Below the pieces are notes generated by a model. It saw only the letters and a program-made list of their open reading frames with translations. It had not been told where the DNA came from and did no database searches. A stretch of 64,000 bases of DNA from an uncultured Chloroflexia bacterium (GTDB taxonomy: Bacteria; Chloroflexota; Limnocylindria; Limnocylindrales; CSP1-4). A program made the position numbers and the translations under genes. Numbering within the stretch: position 1 is the first letter of the stretch; every line of letters starts with the position of its first letter. This document shows, piece after piece, positions 9,872 through 19,055 of this stretch. The DNA is taken from positions 320,001 to 384,000 of the forward strand of contig CAVRGP010000011.1 of the NCBI GenBank assembly GCA_963720755.1, read 5' to 3'.

Positions 9872-9914
9872 CCACGGACCCTGGCCGGGACGATCTCCCG
9901 ACCAGGGTCCGTGG
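9872..9914 (+). terminator. GC-rich hairpin, probable terminator
   Basis: ccacggaccctgg / ccagggtccgtgg 13-bp inverted repeat after the CDS; no U-tract. Confidence 0.45.
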
Positions 9915-9976
9915 TCGTCTGGGAGATCGGGAGCCGACAGAAATAGCTCGACTATGTAACAAAGTGAACTTAGGAC

Positions 9977-10006
9977 TTGACAATCCGTAAGTCATATTGC
10001 TATAAC
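9977..10006 (+). promoter_or_regulatory. near-consensus sigma70 promoter
   Basis: TTGACA (9977-9982), 18-nt spacer, extended TGcTATAAC (-10 at 10001-10006), inside an AT-rich island. Confidence 0.75.
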
Positions 10007-10045
10007 TCGTCCTGCAACCACTAAACAGTCGCAGGAGACAGTCAA

Positions 10046-10231
10046 ATGTTTGACCTTGGTCGGGCCGATATCCTGGCAACCGAGCGAGAGCGCCGCGTCG
10101 TCGAGACCGTGCGCCTCCGCCAGATCCTCAAGACGATCCCCGGTCGGGACGCCACGACGGAGTCCATCCCGGATCGAACACGGTTCGGGTCGGTCGGTCG
10201 GCCGACGCGTGTCGTCGCTGCCGAACGGTAG
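10046..10231 (+). CDS. small hypothetical protein (61 aa), first ORF of the DUF2089 operon
   Basis: AGGAG RBS; follows the promoter directly; ends 10 nt before the next ATG. Confidence 0.55.
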   Translation: MFDLGRADILATERERRVVETVRLRQILKTIPGRDATTESIPDRTRFGSVGRPTRVVAAER

Positions 10232-10241
10232 GGGTCCCGTC

Positions 10242-10661
10242 ATGCCACACGACGTCATCTCGACGTGCCCGGTCTGCTCGAACGAGCTGGCCGTGACTCG
10301 TCTTCACTGCCGGAGTTGCGGGACGACGCTCGAGGGCGACTTCAGCGTGGGCCGGTTCGGCCGGCTGTCACGAGACCAACTCGTCCTTCTCGAGAGTTTC
10401 CTGCGATCTCGCGGCAACCTGCGTGAGATGGAGCGAGAGCTCGGGATCAGCTATCCGACCGTGCGGGGCCGCGTCGAGGCGCTCGTCCGGGCTCTCGGGT
10501 TCGGGCCGCGAGCCGACGCCGACGATAGCGGTGATCCGACCTCGGGCGAGCCCGCGACGTACCAGACGAGAGAGCAGATCCTGGAGGCGGTGGCCCGCCA
10601 CGAACTCAGCGCCGATGACGCCGCGGCCGCGATCCGAGCCCTGGGCTCGACGAACCGATGA
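10242..10661 (+). CDS. DUF2089 family zinc-ribbon/HTH protein
   Basis: CPVC..LHCRSC.T..EG.F; RGNLREMERELGISYPTVR; C-terminal SHOCT-like helix pair. Confidence 0.88.
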   Translation: MPHDVISTCPVCSNELAVTRLHCRSCGTTLEGDFSVGRFGRLSRDQLVLLESFLRSRGNLREMERELGISYPTVRGRVEALVRALGFGPRADADDSGDPTSGEPATYQTREQILEAVARHELSADDAAAAIRALGSTNR

Positions 10662-11710
10662 GCGCCACGACGACCGGCGATCTCGAGCACGCGATCGGAG
10701 CCGAAGGCATCTTCTCCGTCCGGCTCAGGAACGGCGATATCCACCTCCGCGCTGTCGACGGCGAGACCGTCCGAGTCCGGGGAGCGAACGGCCACGAACC
10801 GTTGGACCCATCGGCCGTCGCCCAGGGGCAGGGAAGCCTCGCGCTCGATCTTCGACGACGAGGTCGGTCGTCCCGTCTCGAAGTGGACGTCCCGCGCCGC
10901 GCTTCGGTCGTCGTCGAATCGGTGAGCGCCGAGGTCGACGTCGACGGCCTGACCGGTGACCAGCGGTACCAGACGACGTCGGGGGAGGTGACCCTCCGCG
11001 ACGTGAGCGGCCGGATCGCCATCGATGCGATCTCCGGAGACGTCGACATCCGGGCGACCGACGACGCGGCCTTCACCCTCCGGACCGTGTCCGGCGACAT
11101 CGAGCTTCGCGCCGCATCCATCACAGCCTTGTCGGCGACCACGACCAGCGGGGACATCGAGCTTGCCGGGCGCCTCGTCGGACCTGGCCCGTTCGGGATC
11201 GAAACGGTGAGTGGGGATGCCCTGTTCGCCGTCGCTGGCGATGTCCGGATCGAGACCGCGACCGTCTCCGGCGACCTCCGGTCGGAGGTCGACGGTGTCA
11301 GCGACGGCGGGCGTGGGCGTCGCTCACTGGCGATCGGCGGGGACGGTCCGCTGTTCACCTTCCGCTCGATGTCGGGCGACCTGCGCGTGGTGCCTGCGCG
11401 TCCGGTCGATGGTCCTTCGGCGAAGAGGACGCCGGCGCGGACGATCGCATCAGACCTTGACGATCGCCCCGTCGTTCCCGACGAGAGTCGTGGCGCCGAC
11501 AACGTCAGAGCCGCCGATCCCACCGGCGCCGCTGACCCGATCGATGCCGCCTCCTTCGATCCCCGGCTTGACGTCCTGCGGGCGTTGGAGCGCGGCGAGA
11601 TCGAGGTCGTCGAGGCCGCTCGTCGGTTCGCTGCGATCGACGGCGACGTCGGCGCCGATCCGAACGCAGACACGGTCCGCAGTGCGACGCAGGAGGCGTC
11701 CGATGCCTGA
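10658..11710 (+). CDS. DUF4097 beta-strand repeat protein with C-terminal SHOCT-like motif
   Basis: Repeated T(V/T)SGD units; VLRALERGEI..EA. Confidence 0.85.
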   Translation: MSATTTGDLEHAIGAEGIFSVRLRNGDIHLRAVDGETVRVRGANGHEPLDPSAVAQGQGSLALDLRRRGRSSRLEVDVPRRASVVVESVSAEVDVDGLTGDQRYQTTSGEVTLRDVSGRIAIDAISGDVDIRATDDAAFTLRTVSGDIELRAASITALSATTTSGDIELAGRLVGPGPFGIETVSGDALFAVAGDVRIETATVSGDLRSEVDGVSDGGRGRRSLAIGGDGPLFTFRSMSGDLRVVPARPVDGPSAKRTPARTIASDLDDRPVVPDESRGADNVRAADPTGAADPIDAASFDPRLDVLRALERGEIEVVEAARRFAAIDGDVGADPNADTVRSATQEASDA

Positions 11711-12146
11711 CGACGCACTCGACCAGGTCTTGCGGATGGTCGCCGAGGGTCGACTCACCGCAGCCGAGGCCTTTCCGATCATCGAGGCGCTCGAGCGACG
11801 CCGGCAGCCGGATGAACGCGACGGATCGGCGGGTGAGGCGCCGGGCGAACGCGATGACGCGACGGCGCGTTTCGGCGATCGAGACGCACCCCGTGATCCA
11901 GGCGAGCACGCGTCGGTTACCGACGACGAGCCGGGGCGCCTGCTACGGGTCGTCGTGACCGAGGCCGGTCGGCCGGTCGTCAACCTCAACATCCCACTCT
12001 CTCTCGGGCGGGCCGCGATCGCTCGGTTGCCCGGCCTGTCGGGTCCCACTTCCGACCTCATCCGCCAGGCGATCGATGTCGGGCGAAAGGCGTCGATCGT
12101 CGACATCGACGATGGCGGAGATGGCGTCCGGATCTCCATCGAATGA
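11703..12146 (+). CDS. SHOCT-like domain hypothetical protein
   Basis: VLRMVAEGRLTAAEA; LRVVVTE..VNLNIPL; overlaps both neighbours. Confidence 0.75.
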   Translation: MPDDALDQVLRMVAEGRLTAAEAFPIIEALERRRQPDERDGSAGEAPGERDDATARFGDRDAPRDPGEHASVTDDEPGRLLRVVVTEAGRPVVNLNIPLSLGRAAIARLPGLSGPTSDLIRQAIDVGRKASIVDIDDGGDGVRISIE

Positions 12147-13427
12147 CGGCTTCACAGCTGGATCCGGCACCGGCGGTCGGGGCTATCACCCGCGTGCCCC
12201 TTCTGGCTCCGCTGTCGATCCGCGATTTCCGTTTGGTCTGGTTCGGCGAGAGCATCTCGTACCTGGGCGATCAGTTCCAGATCGTGGCCCTGTCGTGGCT
12301 GGTCCTCGGACTGACCGGCTCAGGCTTTGCCCTCGGGATGATCCTCATCGCGGCCGCGATCCCGCGCGGGACGTTCCTGCTGCTGGGTGGCGCTCTGTCG
12401 GACCGCGTCGCGCCGCGCGATCTCGCTCTCGTCTCGAACATCCTTCGGGCGGTCGTCACCGTCATCGTGGCGGGTCTCGTCCTCGGCGGTCGGATCGAGA
12501 TCTGGCAGCTGGCCGGTGCGGGCATCGTGTTCGGGACCGTCGATGCCGTCTTCCTGCCGGCGATCAACACCCTCGTCCCGCGCCTTGTCCCGGTCGATCG
12601 ACTGGCGTCGGCCAACGCAGCCCTGCAGGGCATGATCCAACTGGTCGGGACGATCGGACCGGCCGTCGCCGGCCTTGCCATCGCCGTCATCGGGATCGGC
12701 GGAGCGATAGTGGTCGATGCGATCTCATTCGCGCTGGCGGCCTACGCGTTGTGGTTCGTGCGCGGCGGATCGCGTCCGGCTCTGCCCGAGTCGCCGGTCA
12801 CGGACGAGCTCCCGCGCGGGTCTCTGTGGGCGGCGATGTCGGACGGTGCACGCAGCATCCTGGGCGATCCGATCATCCGCGCCACGGTCATCCTGTTGAC
12901 TGCCGCCAACCTGGCATTCACCGGACCGGTCGTGGTCGGGATCCCCTGGCTCGTCCTGATCCGTGCCGGCGGGGATGCGGCAGCGCTGGGTTTGCTCATG
13001 GCGTCATTCGGGGCGGGCATGTTCGGGGGCGTCGTCCTGGCTGGATCCGTGCGGCGACCGCGTCGAATTCGGCACTCTGTGGCTCAGCCTGCTGCTGGCC
13101 ATGGGCATCGGACTGGGGGCCATCGGTCTCGCACCGTCGATCCCGGCGACAGCCGCCATCCTGATCGTGATCGGGCTGATGAACGGATATGTCAACGTCG
13201 TGTTCATCTCGTGGATCCAGGGCCGGACGGAACCGCATCTGCTCGGCCGGACGATGAGCCTCCTGATGCTCGGGTCGGTCGTCGCGGCGCCCTTGTCACT
13301 CGCTCTCGCGGCGATCCTGGTCGACCATCACGCGACCGCCATGTTCCTGGCTGCCGGTGCGCTCGTCGTCGGCGCAGCCCTCGTGGCCCTGACCAGTGGC
13401 CTGCCGGATCGGATGAACGGCGCCTGA
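12143..13427 (+). pseudogene. MFS transporter (DHA3/macrolide efflux-like), frameshifted at ~13066
   Basis: N-part in frame of 12143, C-terminal TM helices in frame of 12963; removing one A from cgaattc gives RPRRFGTLW. May be a sequencing error. Confidence 0.75.
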
Positions 13428-13453
13428 CCGTCGTTCCCGCGTACCATGAGCCG

Positions 13454-14020
13454 ATGACGAGTCCGGATAGTCTTCCGTTCACGGGCGATCCGGTCGCTGA
13501 CCACCTGCTGGCGGCTGATCCGTTCGCCCTGTTGATGGGCTTCGCCCTCGATCAGCAGGTGACCGTGCAGAAGGCATTCAGCGGTCCGCGTGACCTTCAG
13601 CAGCGGCTCGGCCACCTGGACGCCGCCCGCATCGCCGGGATGGACCCCGCCGATCTCGACGCGGTCTTCCGCGAGCGGCCGGCCATCCATCGCTTCCCCG
13701 GCGCGATGGCCGGAAAGATCCAGGCCCTGGCGGCCGTCATCGCCGCCGAGTATGGGAATGACGCCGCACGCGTGTGGGAGGAGGCAACCGACGGGCGGGA
13801 TCTCGAGGCGCGGCTGCTCGGACTGCCGGGGATCGGCGAGATGAAGGCCAAGTCGCTCATCGCCGTGCTCGGCAAGCAGTTCGGCGTCCGGCCACCCGGC
13901 TATGAGGGCGTTGCCCCGACCTGGCCCACGCTCGGTGACGTGGATTCGCCGGAGGCGCTCGCGACCTATCAGGCGGCCAAGCGGGCGAAGAAGGCCGCCG
14001 ACCGAGCTGCCAAAGGTTGA
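13454..14020 (+). CDS. HhH-GPD-type base excision DNA repair protein
   Basis: LPFTGD..AD.LL..DPFALL.GF.LDQQV, IHRFPG.MA, LPGIGEMKA. Confidence 0.88.
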   Translation: MTSPDSLPFTGDPVADHLLAADPFALLMGFALDQQVTVQKAFSGPRDLQQRLGHLDAARIAGMDPADLDAVFRERPAIHRFPGAMAGKIQALAAVIAAEYGNDAARVWEEATDGRDLEARLLGLPGIGEMKAKSLIAVLGKQFGVRPPGYEGVAPTWPTLGDVDSPEALATYQAAKRAKKAADRAAKG

Positions 14021-14089
14021 CCACCGGCCCCCTCACGCGAGCGCTCGACGGGCGGTCCCTGGGCGTCTGACCGACTAGACTGAGCCCCT

Positions 14090-14800
14090 GTGGCTGACCC
14101 GATCGATGGACCCGTCCCGCCAAAGCCTCGCCGCCGTCGCGCCACGAAATTCGTCCTGCCCGATCACCATCGCGACGCGGTGGTGGACGACCGCACGGCC
14201 GAGCTCATCGAGGCGTTCCTCGACGGCCCCGCCGCTCCGACCTCGACGGATCGGCAGACCACGGGCCGTTCTCGCGGCCGACGCCGTCGCGACACCCGGC
14301 AGCGTCGTCCGTTCGAACTCGACTCACCGGAGGATTGGGTGTTCGCGCTGCGGCACGAGGGTGCCCGAGCCGCGCGCTATGGTCGTACCACGTCCGTCCT
14401 GGTGGTCGAGCCGGGAAGCTCACAGCCATCCGGTGTGTCGGAGCTGGTCGCCCGGCAGGTGACGGCCGCCATCCGGGCGGAAGCCCGGGAGACAGACCGG
14501 GTGGTGCGCGTCGGCTCGGCGGGCTTCCGCCTGCTCCTGCCGGAGACCGAAGCCCGCGCCGCCCAGGTCCTTGCGGACCGTCTCTCCCGGGCGGTCAGTG
14601 ACACCAGCGATCCCGCGGTCCCGCCCGTCGACCTCCGGATCGACGTCCTGATGGTGCCGCCGTACGGATCCATCGAGGACTATCTTGCCGCGGCCGAGCG
14701 ACGCATCGCCAACGAGCGCCGACCCGGGTCTTTCGCCGATGGTGACGCTGCCCCGCGATCGGACGTGGAACTCCAGGGGACCGGGGCCGTCGGTCGCTAG
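14090..14800 (+). CDS. degenerate GGDEF-domain protein
   Basis: RAARYG..SVLV..RETDRVVRVGSAGFRLLLPET. Confidence 0.7.
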   Translation: MADPIDGPVPPKPRRRRATKFVLPDHHRDAVVDDRTAELIEAFLDGPAAPTSTDRQTTGRSRGRRRRDTRQRRPFELDSPEDWVFALRHEGARAARYGRTTSVLVVEPGSSQPSGVSELVARQVTAAIRAEARETDRVVRVGSAGFRLLLPETEARAAQVLADRLSRAVSDTSDPAVPPVDLRIDVLMVPPYGSIEDYLAAAERRIANERRPGSFADGDAAPRSDVELQGTGAVGR

Positions 14801-14807
14801 CTCGGGG

Positions 14808-15200
14808 TCACGAAGCGACGAGCGTGGCCATCAGATGATCCAGTTCGTCGGCCGGATCCGCGCACAGGCCCGAATGGACCTCGGATGTCTGGATGACCGT
14901 GCTGGCCGGGGCGACCAGCCAGTGGAATCGTTCGGCCTGGCTGAGCCGGGCGATCGGCCCGGCGCTCGGATCCCCCGCGACGATCCTCTCGATCGCGTCG
15001 AGGTGCGGTCGGATCGACGCCGGGTCCAGACCAGGCGCGAGCGCGGCCAGGCGTCGCTCGTCCAGCGCGATCCGAGCGCCGAGGTAGGGGACTGCGCGGC
15101 ACAACAGGATGACCCCCGCGTTGAGGCACTCGCCGCGCTCGACCCTGGGGACGACCCGGATGATCGCGTACTGGAACGCGCTATGCGGCGCTTCGCGCAC
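14808..15200 (-). CDS. DUF3037 domain protein
   Basis: FQYAIIRVVPRVERGECLNAGV, RFHWLVAPAST.IQ.S.VH.G. Confidence 0.88.
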   Translation of the reverse strand: MREAPHSAFQYAIIRVVPRVERGECLNAGVILLCRAVPYLGARIALDERRLAALAPGLDPASIRPHLDAIERIVAGDPSAGPIARLSQAERFHWLVAPASTVIQTSEVHSGLCADPADELDHLMATLVAS

Positions 15201-15966
15201 GGTCCGCCTCCTCAACGAAGACTCGCGGCGGTTCGAGCCGGAGCCGCAGGTAGCGGACGTACGCCGCGCGCTGGGCTTGCGCATCCCCGACCACTGGATC
15301 GTGCGGGAGCCACGCCTCGGGCAGCTCGTCGACGAGCCCGGTCAACAGACCGCTGTCGATCCTGGACGCGAGCCGTTCGTCCGCCTCCCGGATCGGGTCG
15401 GCGTAGGGCAGCAGGACGTGATCGCGGATACGCTCGAACGGTCGTCGAGCGTGGTCGTCCGGGTCTCGCCAGGCGTGGTGGACATACAACGCCGCCCCGT
15501 GGTCGATGAGCCAAGGTCGGCCATGCCAGACGAGCAAGTTCGGATTCTGGGCGGTCCGGTCCGGGTTGGTGACCAGACCATCGAGCCACACGACCTCGGC
15601 GGCATAGGACGGGGCGATGACCTGGCTCGCGGTCGTGGCGGCCGGGTTGAACGTCAAGGCCCCGGGCAGGAAGTCCATACCGAGGTTGCGGCCGGCGCTC
15701 GCCCGCACGAGGTCGTGGATCTCCTCATCGGGCTCGGAATCGCCGAGCGCGGCATCGACGTCGACGGCCACGAGGTCCGGTACCTGCAGGCCGAGCGCGC
15801 GCGCCAGCTCACCCGCCAACCACTCGGCAACGAGCGCGCGCGGACCCTGCCCGGCACCGCGGAACTTCACCACGTAGAGGCCGTCGTCATCGGCTTCGAC
15901 GAGCCCCGGCAACGATCCGCCCTCACGAAGCGGGGTCACATATCGAGTTGCGATCACGGTTCGCAT
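15181..15966 (-). CDS. HipA-like kinase
   Basis: RYVTPLREGGSLP, YVVKFRGAGQG, NPDRTAQNPN, WLIDHG. Confidence 0.88.
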   Translation of the reverse strand: MRTVIATRYVTPLREGGSLPGLVEADDDGLYVVKFRGAGQGPRALVAEWLAGELARALGLQVPDLVAVDVDAALGDSEPDEEIHDLVRASAGRNLGMDFLPGALTFNPAATTASQVIAPSYAAEVVWLDGLVTNPDRTAQNPNLLVWHGRPWLIDHGAALYVHHAWRDPDDHARRPFERIRDHVLLPYADPIREADERLASRIDSGLLTGLVDELPEAWLPHDPVVGDAQAQRAAYVRYLRLRLEPPRVFVEEADRARSAA

Positions 15967-16067
15967 GTCGCACGAGAGCGTAGCGGAGTCTCGCCCGGCT
16001 GCGGGCGCTCGTGCAGTCGCGCACAGGTCCCACGAGGTCGGGGGTCTTCGGCGGCTAGGCTGTTCGG

Positions 16068-16997
16068 ATGACCGACTACGACCAACTCGCCCTCCTCAAC
16101 GAACTCGAGCCGGAGGCGGGACGACTGTACGACCGCCATGCCTCGGTCGCGCAGGAGTGGTTCCCCCACGACTTCATCCCGTACCGAGTGGGGCGCGACT
16201 TCGACAAGGACCCGTGGACACCGGATCAACCGCGGCTCACCGGGGTCGCCCAGACGGCCTTCGAGATCGGTCTCCTGACCGAAGACAACCTGCCCAGCTA
16301 TCACCGCCTCATCTACGGCATGTTCGGCGCCGGTGACGGAGCATGGATCAACTGGGTGGGTCGCTGGACGGCCGAAGAGGGCCGCCACGCGATCGTCCTC
16401 CGCGACTACCTGACCGTCACCCGGAACATCGACCCGGTCCTGCTCGAGCGTGGTCGGATGACCCAGCTCCAGCAGGGCTACGACCGCGACTCCCCGGACA
16501 CGCTCAGGGGTCTGGCATACGTCACGTTCCAGGAGCTGGCGACGCGGATCGCGCACCGGAATACGGGGCGCTACTCGAACGATCCGGTCGCCGACAAGAT
16601 CATGGTCAGGATCGCCGCTGACGAGAATCTGCACATGGTCTTCTACCGCGACATCCTGGCCGCGGCGCTGGTCCTGGAGCCATCGGCGGCCGTGTGCGCG
16701 ATCGTCGATGAGGTCCTCGCCTTCAAGATGCCGGGCGCTGCCATCCCGGGCTTCGTCCGCAAGGCGGCCCAGATCGCCAAGGCAGGCATCTACGACATCC
16801 GCGTTCATCGCGACGAGGTGCTGCTTCCGGTCCTCCGACACTGGCGGATCTTCGAGCTCTCCAACCTGGATGCGCGGGCGGAAGCGGCCCGGGCACGACT
16901 GGCAGACCACCTCGCCGCGCTGGAGGAGGCGGCCAAGCGGTTCGAGGAGCGGATCGCCGATTCGAACGTGCCCCGGATCTCCATCGCGGGCGGCTGA
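16068..16997 (+). CDS. desA: acyl-ACP desaturase (di-iron)
   Basis: LTEDNLPSY, WTAEEGRH, FQELAT, AADENLH. Confidence 0.9.
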   Translation: MTDYDQLALLNELEPEAGRLYDRHASVAQEWFPHDFIPYRVGRDFDKDPWTPDQPRLTGVAQTAFEIGLLTEDNLPSYHRLIYGMFGAGDGAWINWVGRWTAEEGRHAIVLRDYLTVTRNIDPVLLERGRMTQLQQGYDRDSPDTLRGLAYVTFQELATRIAHRNTGRYSNDPVADKIMVRIAADENLHMVFYRDILAAALVLEPSAAVCAIVDEVLAFKMPGAAIPGFVRKAAQIAKAGIYDIRVHRDEVLLPVLRHWRIFELSNLDARAEAARARLADHLAALEEAAKRFEERIADSNVPRISIAGG

Positions 16998-17006
16998 TCC
17001 CCCGCT

Positions 17007-17852
17007 TCAGGTTCGTGGCGTCCCACCCTGGTCGCGCAGGAACCGCTCGATGTCCGAGATGAGGTCGTCGCCCGAGGGCAGGCGCTGTTCGTCATACATC
17101 GCCTCGAGGCGCTCGACGTACCCGCGCGTCGTCTCGTCGACCCCGGCGGCGGTATCGAGCCGGGTGCGTAACTCACGGGCCTCATCGGCCAGCGCCGGCG
17201 CCAGGATCTCCGTGCCCAGGTGGACGCTGAGCGTGCCCAGCAAGGCGACCGCTGCGGTCGCATACGGTCCTGACACGTAGTGGGGGACCTGGGCGAAGTA
17301 GCCGAGCGCCGGGATGCCGGCGGCCGCGACCTCGATCTCGAGCGCGGAGATGAGCGCCGCCGGCACGCGAAGAGTCCCGGCGGGTCCGGCCAGGACATCG
17401 CCACGCAACAGCCCGGGTGACGCTTCGGTGCCCATGATCGGCACGGACCGCGTGTGGGGTACAGCGGCCGGGATCGCCCCGACGCTGACCCACTCGACCA
17501 CGCCGAGCCGCCGGACGAGCTCGAGGGTGGCCGCGGTGAACGCGCGCCAGCGGTAGTCCGGTTCCGGGCCGACGAGGACGAGCAGGTCGCGCTCTTCGAG
17601 GCGGGTCCGGCGTAGCGTGAGTTCGGGCCAGGTCAGGCTGGTCAAGCGGCCGTCGACGATCTCGAGTGGCGGGCGTCGGGCCCGGTAGTCGAACAGCCGG
17701 TCGGCATCGAACGTCGCCACGACATCGCCGTCATCCGCGAGGATCTGCAAGGCCGTGGTCGCCGCCGAGCCTGCATCCACCCAGCCGTCGAATGCCGCGA
17801 GCACCACGGGTTCGATGAGTTCGCGGCTGTCGTCGAGGGTGTACAGGCTCAT
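17007..17852 (-). CDS. PAC2 (proteasome assembly chaperone) family protein
   Basis: AFDGWVDAG, FDYRARRP, GPEPDYRW, PHTR, VPHY. Confidence 0.88.
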   Translation of the reverse strand: MSLYTLDDSRELIEPVVLAAFDGWVDAGSAATTALQILADDGDVVATFDADRLFDYRARRPPLEIVDGRLTSLTWPELTLRRTRLEERDLLVLVGPEPDYRWRAFTAATLELVRRLGVVEWVSVGAIPAAVPHTRSVPIMGTEASPGLLRGDVLAGPAGTLRVPAALISALEIEVAAAGIPALGYFAQVPHYVSGPYATAAVALLGTLSVHLGTEILAPALADEARELRTRLDTAAGVDETTRGYVERLEAMYDEQRLPSGDDLISDIERFLRDQGGTPRT

Positions 17853-17952
17853 GGGCAAGAGGATATGCGACGGCGGGTCGGACGGTCGTCCCCGCCGGCT
17901 CGGGTACACTGCCTCGACGCACCCTGTGACGGTGCATCGAAAGGACGGACCG

Positions 17953-18213
17953 TTGGCCAGGCATTCCAAGTTCGAGCGCGAGCGCCGTCAGGCGGAATCG
18001 GAGCGCGTCAAGCAGATCGAGGCTGCCTGGATGGGGAGTCTGCCGACGGCGACCGCGAAGGCGTTCGCCGAATCGGTCGCGGCCGCCCGCGCCCGTGGTC
18101 CGGAGGAGAAGCGACCGGATATGGCGCCGGGAACGGCGCCCCGTCCGCCTCGGCCGGGCCACGAACCGAAGCCACCGAAGGAAGAGCGGCCGCGCCGCTC
18201 GAACCGCGACTAA
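17953..18213 (+). CDS. small charged hypothetical protein (86 aa)
   Basis: AAGGA then TTG; ARHSKFERERRQ...MAPGTAPRPPRPG; fills the intergenic gap. Confidence 0.6.
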   Translation: MARHSKFERERRQAESERVKQIEAAWMGSLPTATAKAFAESVAAARARGPEEKRPDMAPGTAPRPPRPGHEPKPPKEERPRRSNRD

Positions 18214-18250
18214 GCAGGCCCGATCGGCACTGTCGCGCGTGGCACCGCGG

Positions 18251-18994
18251 TCACGGCGTCGCTGACGGCGCGACACCGCTGGCGGCGACGGCTGCCAACG
18301 CCTCGCTCGCGAGCGTCTCGTCGTCCGTCCAGATGTCGAACGCGTACTCGTCCCGAGCGTAGATGTAGCTCGCGGGTACGCCATCCTGGCCGAAGTCGAT
18401 CTTCTTGACTGCGGATCCGGCGAGCGTGACATCGGTCACGACCAGGTCCGGGTTATCACCCTTCCAGGCGGCGAGCAGCGCGTCACTCAGGGCGGCGCCG
18501 TCGACCCCGGGAACGTGGTAGACGTCGATGCTGACGTCGATGCCCTGTGTGGGATCCGATGCCTCCGCGAGGTGCAGGTCCGTCGCCGTCTTGTCGACGC
18601 TGGTCAGGAAATCCGAGATCGTCGTACTCCAGCCGTCATCGGTCAGGATCGCGCTCCCGTCGACGCTCTGGACATCGAGCGCGACGCCGCCGACCGTGGT
18701 CGGCAGGATGGTCTCGAGGGCGGGGTCGTCGTGACTCGGTTCGATCGGCGGCGCACTCGAGGCGTCCACGAGTCCAGGGTCGGCAGAATCGCTGGCCGTC
18801 GGCGAGGCGACCGCAGCGATGGGCGCCGGTTCGCGCACGGCGAGGAGAACGACGGTGGTCCACCCGGCGGCGGCGGCGATGAGGGCGACGATCGCGATCG
18901 CCTGCCAGACATTCGTGCCCGTCGAACCCTGGTAGGAGCGATGGCGGTCCAGGCTATCCCTGGTCCGACGTGTTCGGTCTGACTTTTCGCGCAC
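18251..18994 (-). CDS. membrane-anchored acidic hypothetical protein
   Basis: AGGAGG RBS, single TM helix, extracellular domain. Confidence 0.7.
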   Translation of the reverse strand: MREKSDRTRRTRDSLDRHRSYQGSTGTNVWQAIAIVALIAAAAGWTTVVLLAVREPAPIAAVASPTASDSADPGLVDASSAPPIEPSHDDPALETILPTTVGGVALDVQSVDGSAILTDDGWSTTISDFLTSVDKTATDLHLAEASDPTQGIDVSIDVYHVPGVDGAALSDALLAAWKGDNPDLVVTDVTLAGSAVKKIDFGQDGVPASYIYARDEYAFDIWTDDETLASEALAAVAASGVAPSATP

Positions 18995-19055
18995 GCGTCC
19001 TCCTGGATCGGTCGTCTGTCGGGCGAGCGTAAGAGTACCGCCGATCGGCGGTTGG

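Noticed and set aside
12143-14020. 625-aa MFS-glycosylase fusion ORF
   Set aside because: Explained by a +1 frameshift and two separate genes
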